From Parcubacteria group bacterium CG2_30_36_38 (lineage in GTDB: Bacteria; Patescibacteriota; Patescibacteriia; UBA2591; CG2-30-36-38), in assembly GCA_001873465.1 (NCBI GenBank), contig MNZE01000025.1, positions 1 through 35,457 on the forward strand: 35,457 nt of DNA, given 5' to 3'. The translations under genes and the position numbers were made by a program. The notes beneath the pieces were generated by a model, which saw only the letters and a list, made by a program, of their open reading frames with translations, had not been told where the DNA came from and did no database searches. The stretch's first letter is position 1. Each line of letters begins with the position of its first letter. Of the stretch, positions 16,355 to 24,349 are shown one piece after another.

Positions 16355-16427
16355 TGGGCGTGGATGGAGTCGAGCCATCTACCTACTGTTTATAAGACAG
16401 TCGCTCTAACCGTTGAGCTACACGCCC
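16355..16427 (-). tRNA. tRNA-Ile (anticodon UAU), CCA not encoded
   Basis: GGGCGUG/UA/GCUC-AACGGUUA-GAGC/G/ACUGU-CUUAUAA-ACAGU/AGGUA/GAUGG-CUCGACU-CCAUC/CACGCCC/A. The anticodon loop C-U-UAU-A-A was read directly. Confidence 0.8.
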
Positions 16428-16527
16428 TCTATTTACGTCATCAAACAATTTTTCTAACTATCGAGTTATACTACCCCGCTCTAAAGAAAATTACTGTTAG
16501 AAACATCACAATCTGGCTATAATTGAA

Positions 16528-17202
16528 TTATACGCTTATTTTGTTATATTTATCGCCGATAACTTTCATTGCCATTATAATTTTTTCCGAAAGTCTAGCG
16601 TTGTCAACGCATGCATTACAAGTTCCGTGTCCAAATCCCCCTTTATGATTTATGTTTTTCAAAAAATTTTTCTTTATATAAGGTTTTGTAAATTGTTTGC
16701 GGGGCATGTTTAATATTTTTGACCAAAAACAAATTCCTTTTTTAATATTCATGTCTTTATACAAATGTAATTGGATTTTTATTTTTTTCCGAGAAACTTT
16801 TATGGAGTTGGTGAGCCAAACTATAAAAAATTTGATAATAGAGGGGTCAGTGTTTGAAACCGAGAGTGCAGCTGGCCGGGTTTTAGTTCCTTCGCCCCAG
16901 TAAAGGAACAAACCAGCAAGAAAAAGCTCGCGCGCATTCAGAGGAAGAACTAATCTTTTTTGTGTTTTATAAAATTGTTTTAGTCTTTTTTCGCGTTTTC
17001 GTCGCATTGTTTCACGATATTTTTCTATCCTTTGTTCATTCCAATCGCGGAGTTCTCGTATTCGTTGTTTTGACAGAGGATAATTTCTTAGCCAAGGGCT
17101 TAAAGTACTTTTGCTCACTTTTAGAATCTTTTTAATTTGGCTATAGCTTTTTCCCTGTTTTCTCAAAATTAAAGCTTTTTTGTGGTCTTTGAAACGTGCC
17201 AT
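16528..17202 (-). CDS. N-terminal HTH plus LAGLIDADG-like (homing-endonuclease-like) domain protein
   Basis: N-terminus KQGKSYSQIKKILKVSKSTLSPWLRN (HTH). The central FLAGLFLYWGEGTK resembles a LAGLIDADG motif, followed by SVSNTDPSIIKFF. It is free-standing between two tRNA genes. Confidence 0.55.
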   Translation of the reverse strand: MARFKDHKKALILRKQGKSYSQIKKILKVSKSTLSPWLRNYPLSKQRIRELRDWNEQRIEKYRETMRRKREKRLKQFYKTQKRLVLPLNARELFLAGLFLYWGEGTKTRPAALSVSNTDPSIIKFFIVWLTNSIKVSRKKIKIQLHLYKDMNIKKGICFWSKILNMPRKQFTKPYIKKNFLKNINHKGGFGHGTCNACVDNARLSEKIIMAMKVIGDKYNKISV

Positions 17203-17235
17203 AATTGAGTTATTAATTTATTAGAATTAATGAAT

Positions 17236-17311
17236 TGGTCGGGGATGCCGGATTCGAACCGGCGGCCTCACAGTCCCGAACCGTGCGCGCTACCAACTGC
17301 GCTAATCCCCG
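17236..17311 (-). tRNA. tRNA-Pro (anticodon CGG), CCA encoded
   Basis: CGGGGAU/UA/GCGC-AGUUGGUA-GCGC/G/CACGG-UUCGGGA-CUGUG/AGGCC/GCCGG-UUCGAAU-CCGGC/AUCCCCG/A/CCA. G37 is typical of tRNA-Pro. Confidence 0.9.
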
Positions 17312-17337
17312 TTTTTTATCTTATCATAAAGCAAATC

Positions 17338-17365
17338 TTGAAAAAATCAAGACATTGAGTAGAAT
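17338..17365 (+). promoter_or_regulatory. candidate promoter for rarA (TTGAAA-16-TAGAAT), with the -10 box 7 nt from the ATG
   Basis: ttgaaa aaatcaagacattgag tagaat agaaggt ATG(17373). Confidence 0.4.
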
Positions 17366-17372
17366 AGAAGGT

Positions 17373-18590
17373 ATGGAATCAAATCAGGAAAAACCACTGG
17401 CTGACCGGATTAGACCTGAGGGCCTAGATGATTTTGTCGGTCAGGAACATTTAACTGGCCCGGGCAGAATCCTGCGCCGTTTAATTGAGGAGGACAAAGT
17501 GCCTTCCATGATTTTTTGGGGTCCGCCTGGCTGCGGGAAAACAACCTTGACCAGAATTGTGGCTAAAAAGACTGAAGCGAACTTTATTTCCTGTCAGGCG
17601 ACTGAAGTCGGAGTGGCAGAAATCAAAAAAATTATGGATAGAGCCCGGCTTAATAAAAAAGCTTACCAGAAAAAAACAATTATCTTCGTTGACGAGATTC
17701 ATCGTTTTAATAAAGCTCAGCAAGCCGTCTTTTTACCTTACGCAGAAGATGGCTCAATTATTTTGATTGCCACGACGACTGAAAATCCGTCTTTTGAAAT
17801 AATTTCGCCTCTGCTTTCTCGTTGTCAACTTTTTATTTTTGAACCCTTAGGGGAGTCTGATCTTAAAAAAATTGTTAAACGCGCTTTGCTTGATAAAAGG
17901 AACGGCTTAGGAAACTACAAGATAAAGATAAAGCCTAAAGCCATAGATTTACTAATTGGTTTTTCTTCTGGCGATGCCAGAACGCCTTTGAAGACCTTAG
18001 AAACAGCCTTAAAGATCGCCTCGCCGGACAAACAAGGCTATTATCATTTAGATGAGAAGTTGATTATCGAAGCTCTACAACACAAAGCCCTTCGTTATGA
18101 TAAAAAAGGAGAAGAGCATTATAATATTATTTCTGCTTTTATTAAATCAATGCGCGGCTCTGATCCAGACGCGGCTTTGTACTGGCTCTCGAGAATGCTT
18201 GAGGCAGGGGAAGACCCTCGTTTTATGGCCAGACGCATGGTTATTTTTGCTTCTGAAGACATTGGTAACGCCGACCCAATGGCTCTTGAGATAGCTAATG
18301 CAGTGGCTCGGGCAGTTGAATTTGTTGGTTTGCCTGAGGCAAAAATTAATTTAGCTCAAGGAGCGACTTATCTCGCTTGCGCTCCTAAATCAAGGGCTTC
18401 TTATGAAGCTCTGCTTCTAGCAGAGGAAGACGTGAAAAAGACGCTTGACTTGCCAGTGCCGTTGCACTTACGCAATGCGCCGACTAAATTGATGAAAGAA
18501 CTGGGCTATGGCAAGAATTATAAGAAGAAGCAGGAATATCTGCCGAAAAAGCTAAAAGGGAAAAAATATTATCAACCACCTTTAAAATAA
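17373..18590 (+). CDS. rarA: replication-associated recombination protein A (MgsA/RarA AAA+ ATPase)
   Basis: PLADRIRPEGLDDFVGQEHL, Walker A GPPGCGKTT, Walker B IIFVDEIHRFNK, the SGDAR sensor, and the C-terminal MgsA domain (HYNIISAFIKSMRGSDPDAALYWL...GLPEA...). Start set at MESNQEK because the longer ORF begins inside tRNA-Pro. Confidence 0.9.
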   Translation: MESNQEKPLADRIRPEGLDDFVGQEHLTGPGRILRRLIEEDKVPSMIFWGPPGCGKTTLTRIVAKKTEANFISCQATEVGVAEIKKIMDRARLNKKAYQKKTIIFVDEIHRFNKAQQAVFLPYAEDGSIILIATTTENPSFEIISPLLSRCQLFIFEPLGESDLKKIVKRALLDKRNGLGNYKIKIKPKAIDLLIGFSSGDARTPLKTLETALKIASPDKQGYYHLDEKLIIEALQHKALRYDKKGEEHYNIISAFIKSMRGSDPDAALYWLSRMLEAGEDPRFMARRMVIFASEDIGNADPMALEIANAVARAVEFVGLPEAKINLAQGATYLACAPKSRASYEALLLAEEDVKKTLDLPVPLHLRNAPTKLMKELGYGKNYKKKQEYLPKKLKGKKYYQPPLK

Positions 18591-18591
18591 T

Positions 18592-19245
18592 ATGCGTAAA
18601 CTTGATTTTTTAAGTAAAAAGAGTATTATTAAAACAAGTATGAAAAACATTCTTATTTTCATCTTTATCCTTTGTTTTATCACTTTCTCTCTGCCTGTCT
18701 TGGCTCAAGAGACAACAACCGGGACAACGACTGAAATAAAAGAGGGGAGCGATCTCTCTCTCTTTTGGCAGGATTTTAAAGATACTTTAAAGATTTTTTT
18801 CACCTGGAATAATGTTGAAAAAGCTAAGGTCGCTCTTAATATTGCGGAAAGGAAGCTTGATGAATATAAAAAATATAGAGCAGAACAAAAAGATAAATTA
18901 GCCGGGGAATCTTTGAAGAAGTATGAGAAGGAGATAGAAATAGTTTTAGATGTTTTGGGAAAGGAAAGTAATAAGCCTCAAGCTGAACAAATTGCCCTTG
19001 AGGTTAAAGAAAGAACGACAAAAAGTATTCTTGAGCTCCAAGAGTTATATGAACAGTCGCCCGAACCTCTCAAAGAAAAAATTGTCCAAATAATTTCTAA
19101 ACTTCAGAAAAGTTATGAGGTTTCTCTTGGAATTATGAGTGGTGAATATAGGGAAGAAGCCCAAGGTCTTTTTGGACAATTTAAAAATTGGTTTAAAAAT
19201 AGCTTGGAAAAAATTTATTATAAACTTTGGCCGACTTTTAAGTAG
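18592..19245 (+). CDS. hypothetical secreted or membrane-anchored helical protein (possibly DUF5667-like)
   Basis: Signal-peptide-like MKNILIFIFILCFITFSLPVLAQ (internal Met at 18640 is an alternative start), then a K/E-rich helical region. Confidence 0.55.
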   Translation: MRKLDFLSKKSIIKTSMKNILIFIFILCFITFSLPVLAQETTTGTTTEIKEGSDLSLFWQDFKDTLKIFFTWNNVEKAKVALNIAERKLDEYKKYRAEQKDKLAGESLKKYEKEIEIVLDVLGKESNKPQAEQIALEVKERTTKSILELQELYEQSPEPLKEKIVQIISKLQKSYEVSLGIMSGEYREEAQGLFGQFKNWFKNSLEKIYYKLWPTFK

Positions 19246-19286
19246 TTATTATAATTTAAAATTAAATTTAGAATTTTTCAAATTCT

Positions 19287-19619
19287 ATGAATTTTGAAAA
19301 ATTGATCTATCAAATAGAAGAAAAATTTGGGATAAAAGAGCGGAAGAAAGAGTCCTTTTTAGTTTCAGAAACCAACAGAGGTGAAAAAATTTTTGGTGAA
19401 AAAGAATATATTGAATTTGAAACGCCGCAAGGCGTTTTTCGCTTAGAAGAGACAAGAAAGCCAAAAATTTTAGACAAAAAAATATTGGCTGGCAAAAGAA
19501 TTGGCGCTAGAACAGCGGTTGAATATATCTGGTCAAGCGAAGAAAAAAGCGTTTACCTTAAACTTTATAAAAAAGAAAATGGCGATTGGCAAGAAATAGA
19601 CATTAAAGGTCTAATTTAA
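19287..19619 (+). CDS. hypothetical protein (110 aa)
   Basis: Clean ORF in the same orientation and spacing as its neighbours. No motif was recognised. Confidence 0.5.
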   Translation: MNFEKLIYQIEEKFGIKERKKESFLVSETNRGEKIFGEKEYIEFETPQGVFRLEETRKPKILDKKILAGKRIGARTAVEYIWSSEEKSVYLKLYKKENGDWQEIDIKGLI

Positions 19620-19627
19620 TTCTTATC

Positions 19628-20293
19628 ATGAATAAATATTTGAAGTTTTATTTTTATTTACCTTTGTTTTTTCTTTATTTATTTTTACTTGTTTCTTTTT
19701 ATCCAACGATTTTTATAATTAAACTTGTTATCCTTTCAATATTTATTTTTTCTTTTGCAAGCATTTATTTTTTGATCAAGGAAGATTTTAGAACCGATTG
19801 GCCAATGGCAGCAGAATTTACCCTGTTTTCCTTAAGTTCTTTTCTTTTTCTTCTTTCAGTCGCGAGTCCTTTTTTGCGATATATCTTTTTAATATTTTTC
19901 TTAACTATTCTGGGGTTATTTTTATTTTTTCTTTCTCGAAAAAAATTTTCCCCGCGCTTATACAAACCGGGGAGTTTAGAAAAGGTGGATGATATCATTC
20001 AAGGCCTTATTATTTTTACTGCTTTAGTTAATCTGGACTTCGCCAGATTATTTTATAATTTTCCTTTTATTCTTGTTTTAGGTTTTGTTTTCCTTTTATT
20101 TATCTGGATTTTTTATTATTCTTTCCATCAATTTGATTTTATTTTCGGCTTGATTTCAGTTGAATTATATTTAAGTTTATCTTTTTTCCCCTTTCAAATT
20201 TATCTTAATAGTTTGATTTTTCTTATGCTTTATTATATAATTAATTACTTATGGTTTGGCAAACAAAAAAAATTGTTAGGGTTAAAGATTTAG
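19628..20293 (+). CDS. hypothetical multi-pass membrane protein (F/L/I-rich, about 6 TM)
   Basis: Repeated long hydrophobic stretches. No family was recognised. Confidence 0.55.
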   Translation: MNKYLKFYFYLPLFFLYLFLLVSFYPTIFIIKLVILSIFIFSFASIYFLIKEDFRTDWPMAAEFTLFSLSSFLFLLSVASPFLRYIFLIFFLTILGLFLFFLSRKKFSPRLYKPGSLEKVDDIIQGLIIFTALVNLDFARLFYNFPFILVLGFVFLLFIWIFYYSFHQFDFIFGLISVELYLSLSFFPFQIYLNSLIFLMLYYIINYLWFGKQKKLLGLKI

Positions 20294-21510
20294 GAGAGAA
20301 GCAAGAGGTAAAAACTAACTCAAAAACAGAGGAACCCAAAGGAGTTGGATTGGAAGAGATAAAGAGTTTTTACGACGAAAAAACTTCCCGCTTAGAAAAA
20401 CCGGCGTCGGGAATAAGAATCTGGATGTTTGTTTTATTTTTTATCGCCGCTCTTGTCGGCGGTTTTATGGCTAATTTTTTTATTCTAACCCAAGAAAGCA
20501 TCAAAATACCTTTTGTTGGTGAAATTAGACTTAAAGAATTTTTTCCAACGCGAGAGCTGACTCTTGTCACAGAAAAAAATATAACGGTCACTTCTGACCT
20601 ACGATTGTCTGATTTGTCAACAAGATTAAAATCTCAAATAATGAATATTTATGAGACAAAAGAAAAAAAGGAAGGAGACAATATTTTTGACCAAGTTTAT
20701 TTAACCAAAGAAGCAATCTCCCAGGCTGGCGTTTTAACATCTGACGGCTGGTTGATGAGTGCGGGCGATTTAGGTGACGGGAATAAATATGTGGCAGTGA
20801 GCAACGAGAATAAAATTTTCGCCATAGAAAAGATTGTTAAGGATCCTTTAACTGGACTTAATTTTTTAAAAGTTGAGGCGAAGAATCTGCCAGTAATAAA
20901 TTTTATGAGCGGTGAAGAAAAAATTATTCAGGGGGAGCAAGTTTTTTCGTTCGATCACTCTGACAATCTTTTCACTGACATAGTTAGTAGTTCTAGCGGT
21001 TCAAGAATCAACAAAAAAGAGGATTTAATTCGTTCCACTGATTATTTTTCCGAGGAGTTAATTCTAGAAAAAGATTATTCTAAAGGAGAATTTTTAGGTT
21101 CTTTCATTTTTGGTTTAGATGGTCTATGCTTAGGGATAAAAACTAAAGAAAGAATCGTTCCTTATCCACAATTTGAAAGGGCAATTAAATCTATTTTAGA
21201 AAAAAAAGAGATAAGCCGTAATTATTTAGGTCTTAAATATTTAAGGATTGAGGAATTGGCCGGACAAGAGTTTAAAGATGCAGAGAAAGGGGTGATTATT
21301 TATGGAGACCCGGAAAAAAGCAGCCCGGCTGAGGCATCGGGCATAAAGTCGGGGGACGTAATTACGCGTGTTGATTCAACGCCGCTTGGAGAGGGGGTCA
21401 ACCTGACAGAAATAGTCCAAAAAAAGAAAGCAGGCGAAGAAATTAGATTATTTATTTTAAGAGATGGACAAGAGACGGAGGTAAAAGTAAATATAAGAAG
21501 TCAAAAATAA
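20251..21510 (+). CDS. membrane-anchored HtrA-like protein with C-terminal PDZ domain; protease triad apparently degenerate
   Basis: One N-terminal TM (IWMFVLFFIAALVGGFMANFFIL). A trypsin-fold-like middle has GEFLGSFIFGLDGLCLGI where HtrA has GNSGGPL..G..IGI. PDZ: GVIIYGDPEKSSPAEASGIKSGDVITRVD. Confidence 0.55.
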   Translation: MVWQTKKIVRVKDLGEKQEVKTNSKTEEPKGVGLEEIKSFYDEKTSRLEKPASGIRIWMFVLFFIAALVGGFMANFFILTQESIKIPFVGEIRLKEFFPTRELTLVTEKNITVTSDLRLSDLSTRLKSQIMNIYETKEKKEGDNIFDQVYLTKEAISQAGVLTSDGWLMSAGDLGDGNKYVAVSNENKIFAIEKIVKDPLTGLNFLKVEAKNLPVINFMSGEEKIIQGEQVFSFDHSDNLFTDIVSSSSGSRINKKEDLIRSTDYFSEELILEKDYSKGEFLGSFIFGLDGLCLGIKTKERIVPYPQFERAIKSILEKKEISRNYLGLKYLRIEELAGQEFKDAEKGVIIYGDPEKSSPAEASGIKSGDVITRVDSTPLGEGVNLTEIVQKKKAGEEIRLFILRDGQETEVKVNIRSQK

Positions 21511-21514
21511 GAAT

Positions 21515-21766
21515 ATGTTCTACTTAGGTCTTTTCATTGGTATTTTTATAGGTTTGATCATTGGTTTGTTTTTGGCGCCGGGAAGAGGGGGCGAGATAAG
21601 AAAAAATTTTAAAAACAGAACTGACGAAATCCAAGAAAAAGTTTTAGTAAAAATTGATAGAGTAAAAGAAAAATTGAGGAAAGTAAAAAAAATAGCTCAA
21701 TATGAACTAGAAAAAGATATGGAGGAAGTAAAAGGAGCTTTCAATAATGGCAAAAACAAAAAATGA
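21515..21766 (+). CDS. YtxH domain-containing protein
   Basis: N-terminal hydrophobic helix followed by APGRGGEIRKNFKNRTDEIQEKV, which is typical of YtxH. Confidence 0.65.
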   Translation: MFYLGLFIGIFIGLIIGLFLAPGRGGEIRKNFKNRTDEIQEKVLVKIDRVKEKLRKVKKIAQYELEKDMEEVKGAFNNGKNKK

Positions 21767-21767
21767 T

Positions 21768-22697
21768 TTACAAAGTTTTAACAATCAAAAGGTTGAGAAG
21801 AATTTGGGGATCGATTGGCCTTGTTTTCCTTAAGAAATCAATTTTTAGAAGTTCGCTGTAAATTTTTTTTATTTTTTCTAAACTATATTTGGTTTCTTCT
21901 TCTAAGGCCTTTTGAAGAACGTAGGGATGGACACTCATTCTTTTTTTCGGAGAGATTTTTAGCCTGAGAATCAAACTATATTGTCTTATTAAAAGAGAGA
22001 GAATATTTTCTATCCCTATTCCCGCCTCAACCTGCTCATTTAAAAGTTTTAAAGCGGTTTTTTTCTCTTTATTCCCTACGGCATCAATTAATTTGAAGAT
22101 TTTTTGATTTGTTTTAAGTATCAATTTTTCCACCTCTTCTGCCTTGATTAACCTTTTTCTTTCCTTAAGAAATAAAAGTTTATTAAGTTCATTTTCAATC
22201 GCCCAAAGATTGTTGCCTAAAGATTCGATTAAAAGGTCGAGCGCTTCTTCTTCAATGGTTGCGTCGGGTAGAAAGTTGTTTTTAATAAATGTTTTAAGTT
22301 GCCAAGGTCTGAGAGAAGAAAATTCCTCAGCATATTTTAGTCTTTTTAACCTAAGAAAAAGTTCCTTTGTTGATTTTTCGAGATTTTTCATCTCAACCTT
22401 TCCTTCATAAAGGATTAAAATATTGTTTTTATCTCTTTCAATCTCATCAATAAAATCAGAAATTTTTTTAATTAAGTCTTTATTAAGAGAAAACGGCTTT
22501 TCAATAATGGTCAACTTTTTTTGACTAAAGAGTTGTTGAGAACTAAAAGTTTTTTTTAACGATTCTTCGTTGACTGCTTCTCCGCTGAGATGAAAAAGGT
22601 TTGAGGGTCCTTTTTCTCCAGCTAGAAATTTTTCTTTTAAAAAATTTAATTTTTTTCGCGAACGATAAGTATCTTCGCCAAAAAGGAAAATAAGCAT
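21768..22697 (-). CDS. holA: DNA polymerase III delta subunit
   Basis: The N-terminus MLIFLFGEDTYRSRKKL, the length (309 aa), and the helical C-terminal domain with ALKLLNEQVEAG...LSLLIRQYSLILRLK resemble HolA. Confidence 0.65.
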   Translation of the reverse strand: MLIFLFGEDTYRSRKKLNFLKEKFLAGEKGPSNLFHLSGEAVNEESLKKTFSSQQLFSQKKLTIIEKPFSLNKDLIKKISDFIDEIERDKNNILILYEGKVEMKNLEKSTKELFLRLKRLKYAEEFSSLRPWQLKTFIKNNFLPDATIEEEALDLLIESLGNNLWAIENELNKLLFLKERKRLIKAEEVEKLILKTNQKIFKLIDAVGNKEKKTALKLLNEQVEAGIGIENILSLLIRQYSLILRLKISPKKRMSVHPYVLQKALEEETKYSLEKIKKIYSELLKIDFLRKTRPIDPQILLNLLIVKTL

Positions 22698-22717
22698 AGT
22701 GATTAAAGATTAATTGA

Positions 22718-23635
22718 TTAAAAAAGGGCTTTTTGTTGAGTTTCTATTTTCTCAAGACGCAAAAGAAGACTTTTGAAACCGAGTTCGTTAAAAATTTTCC
22801 TTATTTCTTCCTTGTCAAACTTTAAAAGACGACAATTTTCAGGCCTAAAATTTTTAAGATTGAGGTCGCTTCTTAAAATAAAGAGATTTTTGAAGAGGAT
22901 GATTTTGTCTTTTTCTTTAATCAGTGTTTTAAGTATTTTTTCGTTAATTTCTTTTTCTTTTAAATCGCCTCGTTCAATTGCTTCATAAATATTCTCTAAA
23001 TTACCGTACTTTGAAAGAAGAGAAAGGGCTTTTTTAGGTCCTATGCCCTTAACGCCTGGGATGTTATCAGCTTGGTCTCCCATCAGGGCTTTGAGATCAA
23101 TAAGCTGGCGAGGGGTGAGACCCTGGTATTCTTTATTGATTTCGTTTTCGCCATAGAGTCTTGTCTGGGAGATATTTTGTTTTAAAAAAGCAACTTGTGT
23201 TTTTTTATCAATCAACTGGAAGAGATCTCTGTCGCCGGTAAAAATAATCGTTTGATAGGCTTCATGACACTCTCCTAGTTTCTTTTTAATAGTGGAGACG
23301 AGGTCATCGGCCTCAAAGCCAGGATAGGAGAAAAAATTTATAGAAAAAGCCTTAAGGACTTTTTCTGAAAGAGGAATTTGATCGTAAAATTCTTGCGGTT
23401 GAGCGACTCGATTAGCTTTATATTCTTTAAATTCTTTTTCCCGGAAACATGGAGCTGGCGTATCATAAACAACAACCAAAAATTCTGGTTTTTCCTCTTT
23501 TAAAATTTTAAGAATAAAGCTCGTAAAACCATAAACTGCGTTGACAATTTTTCCTTCAGGAGTGGCAAGGCGTGGCAGTGCATGCCAGGCGCGATGGAGT
23601 ACGGCTAAAGCGTCAATAATAATAAATTTTTTCAT
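22718..23635 (-). CDS. stand-alone 5'-3' exonuclease (Pol I N-terminal/FEN-like domain, no polymerase domain)
   Basis: IIDALAVLHRAWHALP, GFEADD, GDRDLFQL, and H3TH GDQADNIPGVKGIGPKKA. Start taken at MKKFIIID; ATG 23662 is the alternative. Confidence 0.85.
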   Translation of the reverse strand: MKKFIIIDALAVLHRAWHALPRLATPEGKIVNAVYGFTSFILKILKEEKPEFLVVVYDTPAPCFREKEFKEYKANRVAQPQEFYDQIPLSEKVLKAFSINFFSYPGFEADDLVSTIKKKLGECHEAYQTIIFTGDRDLFQLIDKKTQVAFLKQNISQTRLYGENEINKEYQGLTPRQLIDLKALMGDQADNIPGVKGIGPKKALSLLSKYGNLENIYEAIERGDLKEKEINEKILKTLIKEKDKIILFKNLFILRSDLNLKNFRPENCRLLKFDKEEIRKIFNELGFKSLLLRLEKIETQQKALF

Positions 23636-23654
23636 ATCTTTATTATACTGACAA

Positions 23655-24284
23655 ATGTTCAATTTGTCTACTAAATATTACTTATTTGCGACCATTATTT
23701 TTTTGGTTTTCTTTCTTTTTATTTGGTTGCCAAGGGCAGACGTAGAGCTAATAGTCCAATCTGAGGAGTGGAGTAAGGAGTTTAAGGTAAGTTTAGATAG
23801 TCAAGCTGAGAAAATATTTTTCAATCTTGATGTTTTGCCAGCGAAAATTATTTCTAAAGAAGAAAAAGATAAGCTTGCTGGCTATATTTTTCTTGATGAA
23901 TTAACCAGCAAAGAAGGGGATAAATTTATTATTTTTAAAAAAGACGATTTAGAAAAATTGCTTGAATCCAAAGCAAAACCATTGCTGCCCAAGGATAAGG
24001 CTTTTTTTGATTTTGAAGCCGATAATTGGCAAATTAAAGTGCAAGAAAAAGACCCTAATTTATTATGGGCCAATATGGAGGTTAAAGTAAAAGGGAGGAT
24101 CATTCCTGAATATAATCTTGAGGAAATGAGGAGAGAGGTGATTTTTAAAGACATGACCACAGCTTGCGACGCCCTAGGAGCCATTCTGAGCTTAAAAGAT
24201 TGCAAAATTTTTATTTGGCCTAAGTTTTTTAAATATTTACCAATCTTTAAAGAGCGGATAAAATTATTATTGAAGACAGGCTGA
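23655..24284 (+). CDS. hypothetical membrane-anchored protein
   Basis: N-terminal [20 protein letters not shown], then a K/E-rich soluble part. The antisense ORF 23882..24364 looks like a shadow of it. Confidence 0.55.
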   Translation: MFNLSTKYYLFATIIFLVFFLFIWLPRADVELIVQSEEWSKEFKVSLDSQAEKIFFNLDVLPAKIISKEEKDKLAGYIFLDELTSKEGDKFIIFKKDDLEKLLESKAKPLLPKDKAFFDFEADNWQIKVQEKDPNLLWANMEVKVKGRIIPEYNLEEMRREVIFKDMTTACDALGAILSLKDCKIFIWPKFFKYLPIFKERIKLLLKTG

Positions 24285-24305
24285 CCGCTGACCGAGATTG
24301 CGGGG

Positions 24306-24333
24306 TTGACAAAAAAATAACAATCTCTAAAAT
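24306..24333 (+). promoter_or_regulatory. candidate promoter of the infA-rpmJ-rps-rpoA block (TTGACA-16-TAAAAT)
   Basis: ttgaca aaaaaaataacaatctc taaaat, immediately upstream of infA. Confidence 0.45.
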
Positions 24334-24349
24334 TATAATGTCTTTTTAT

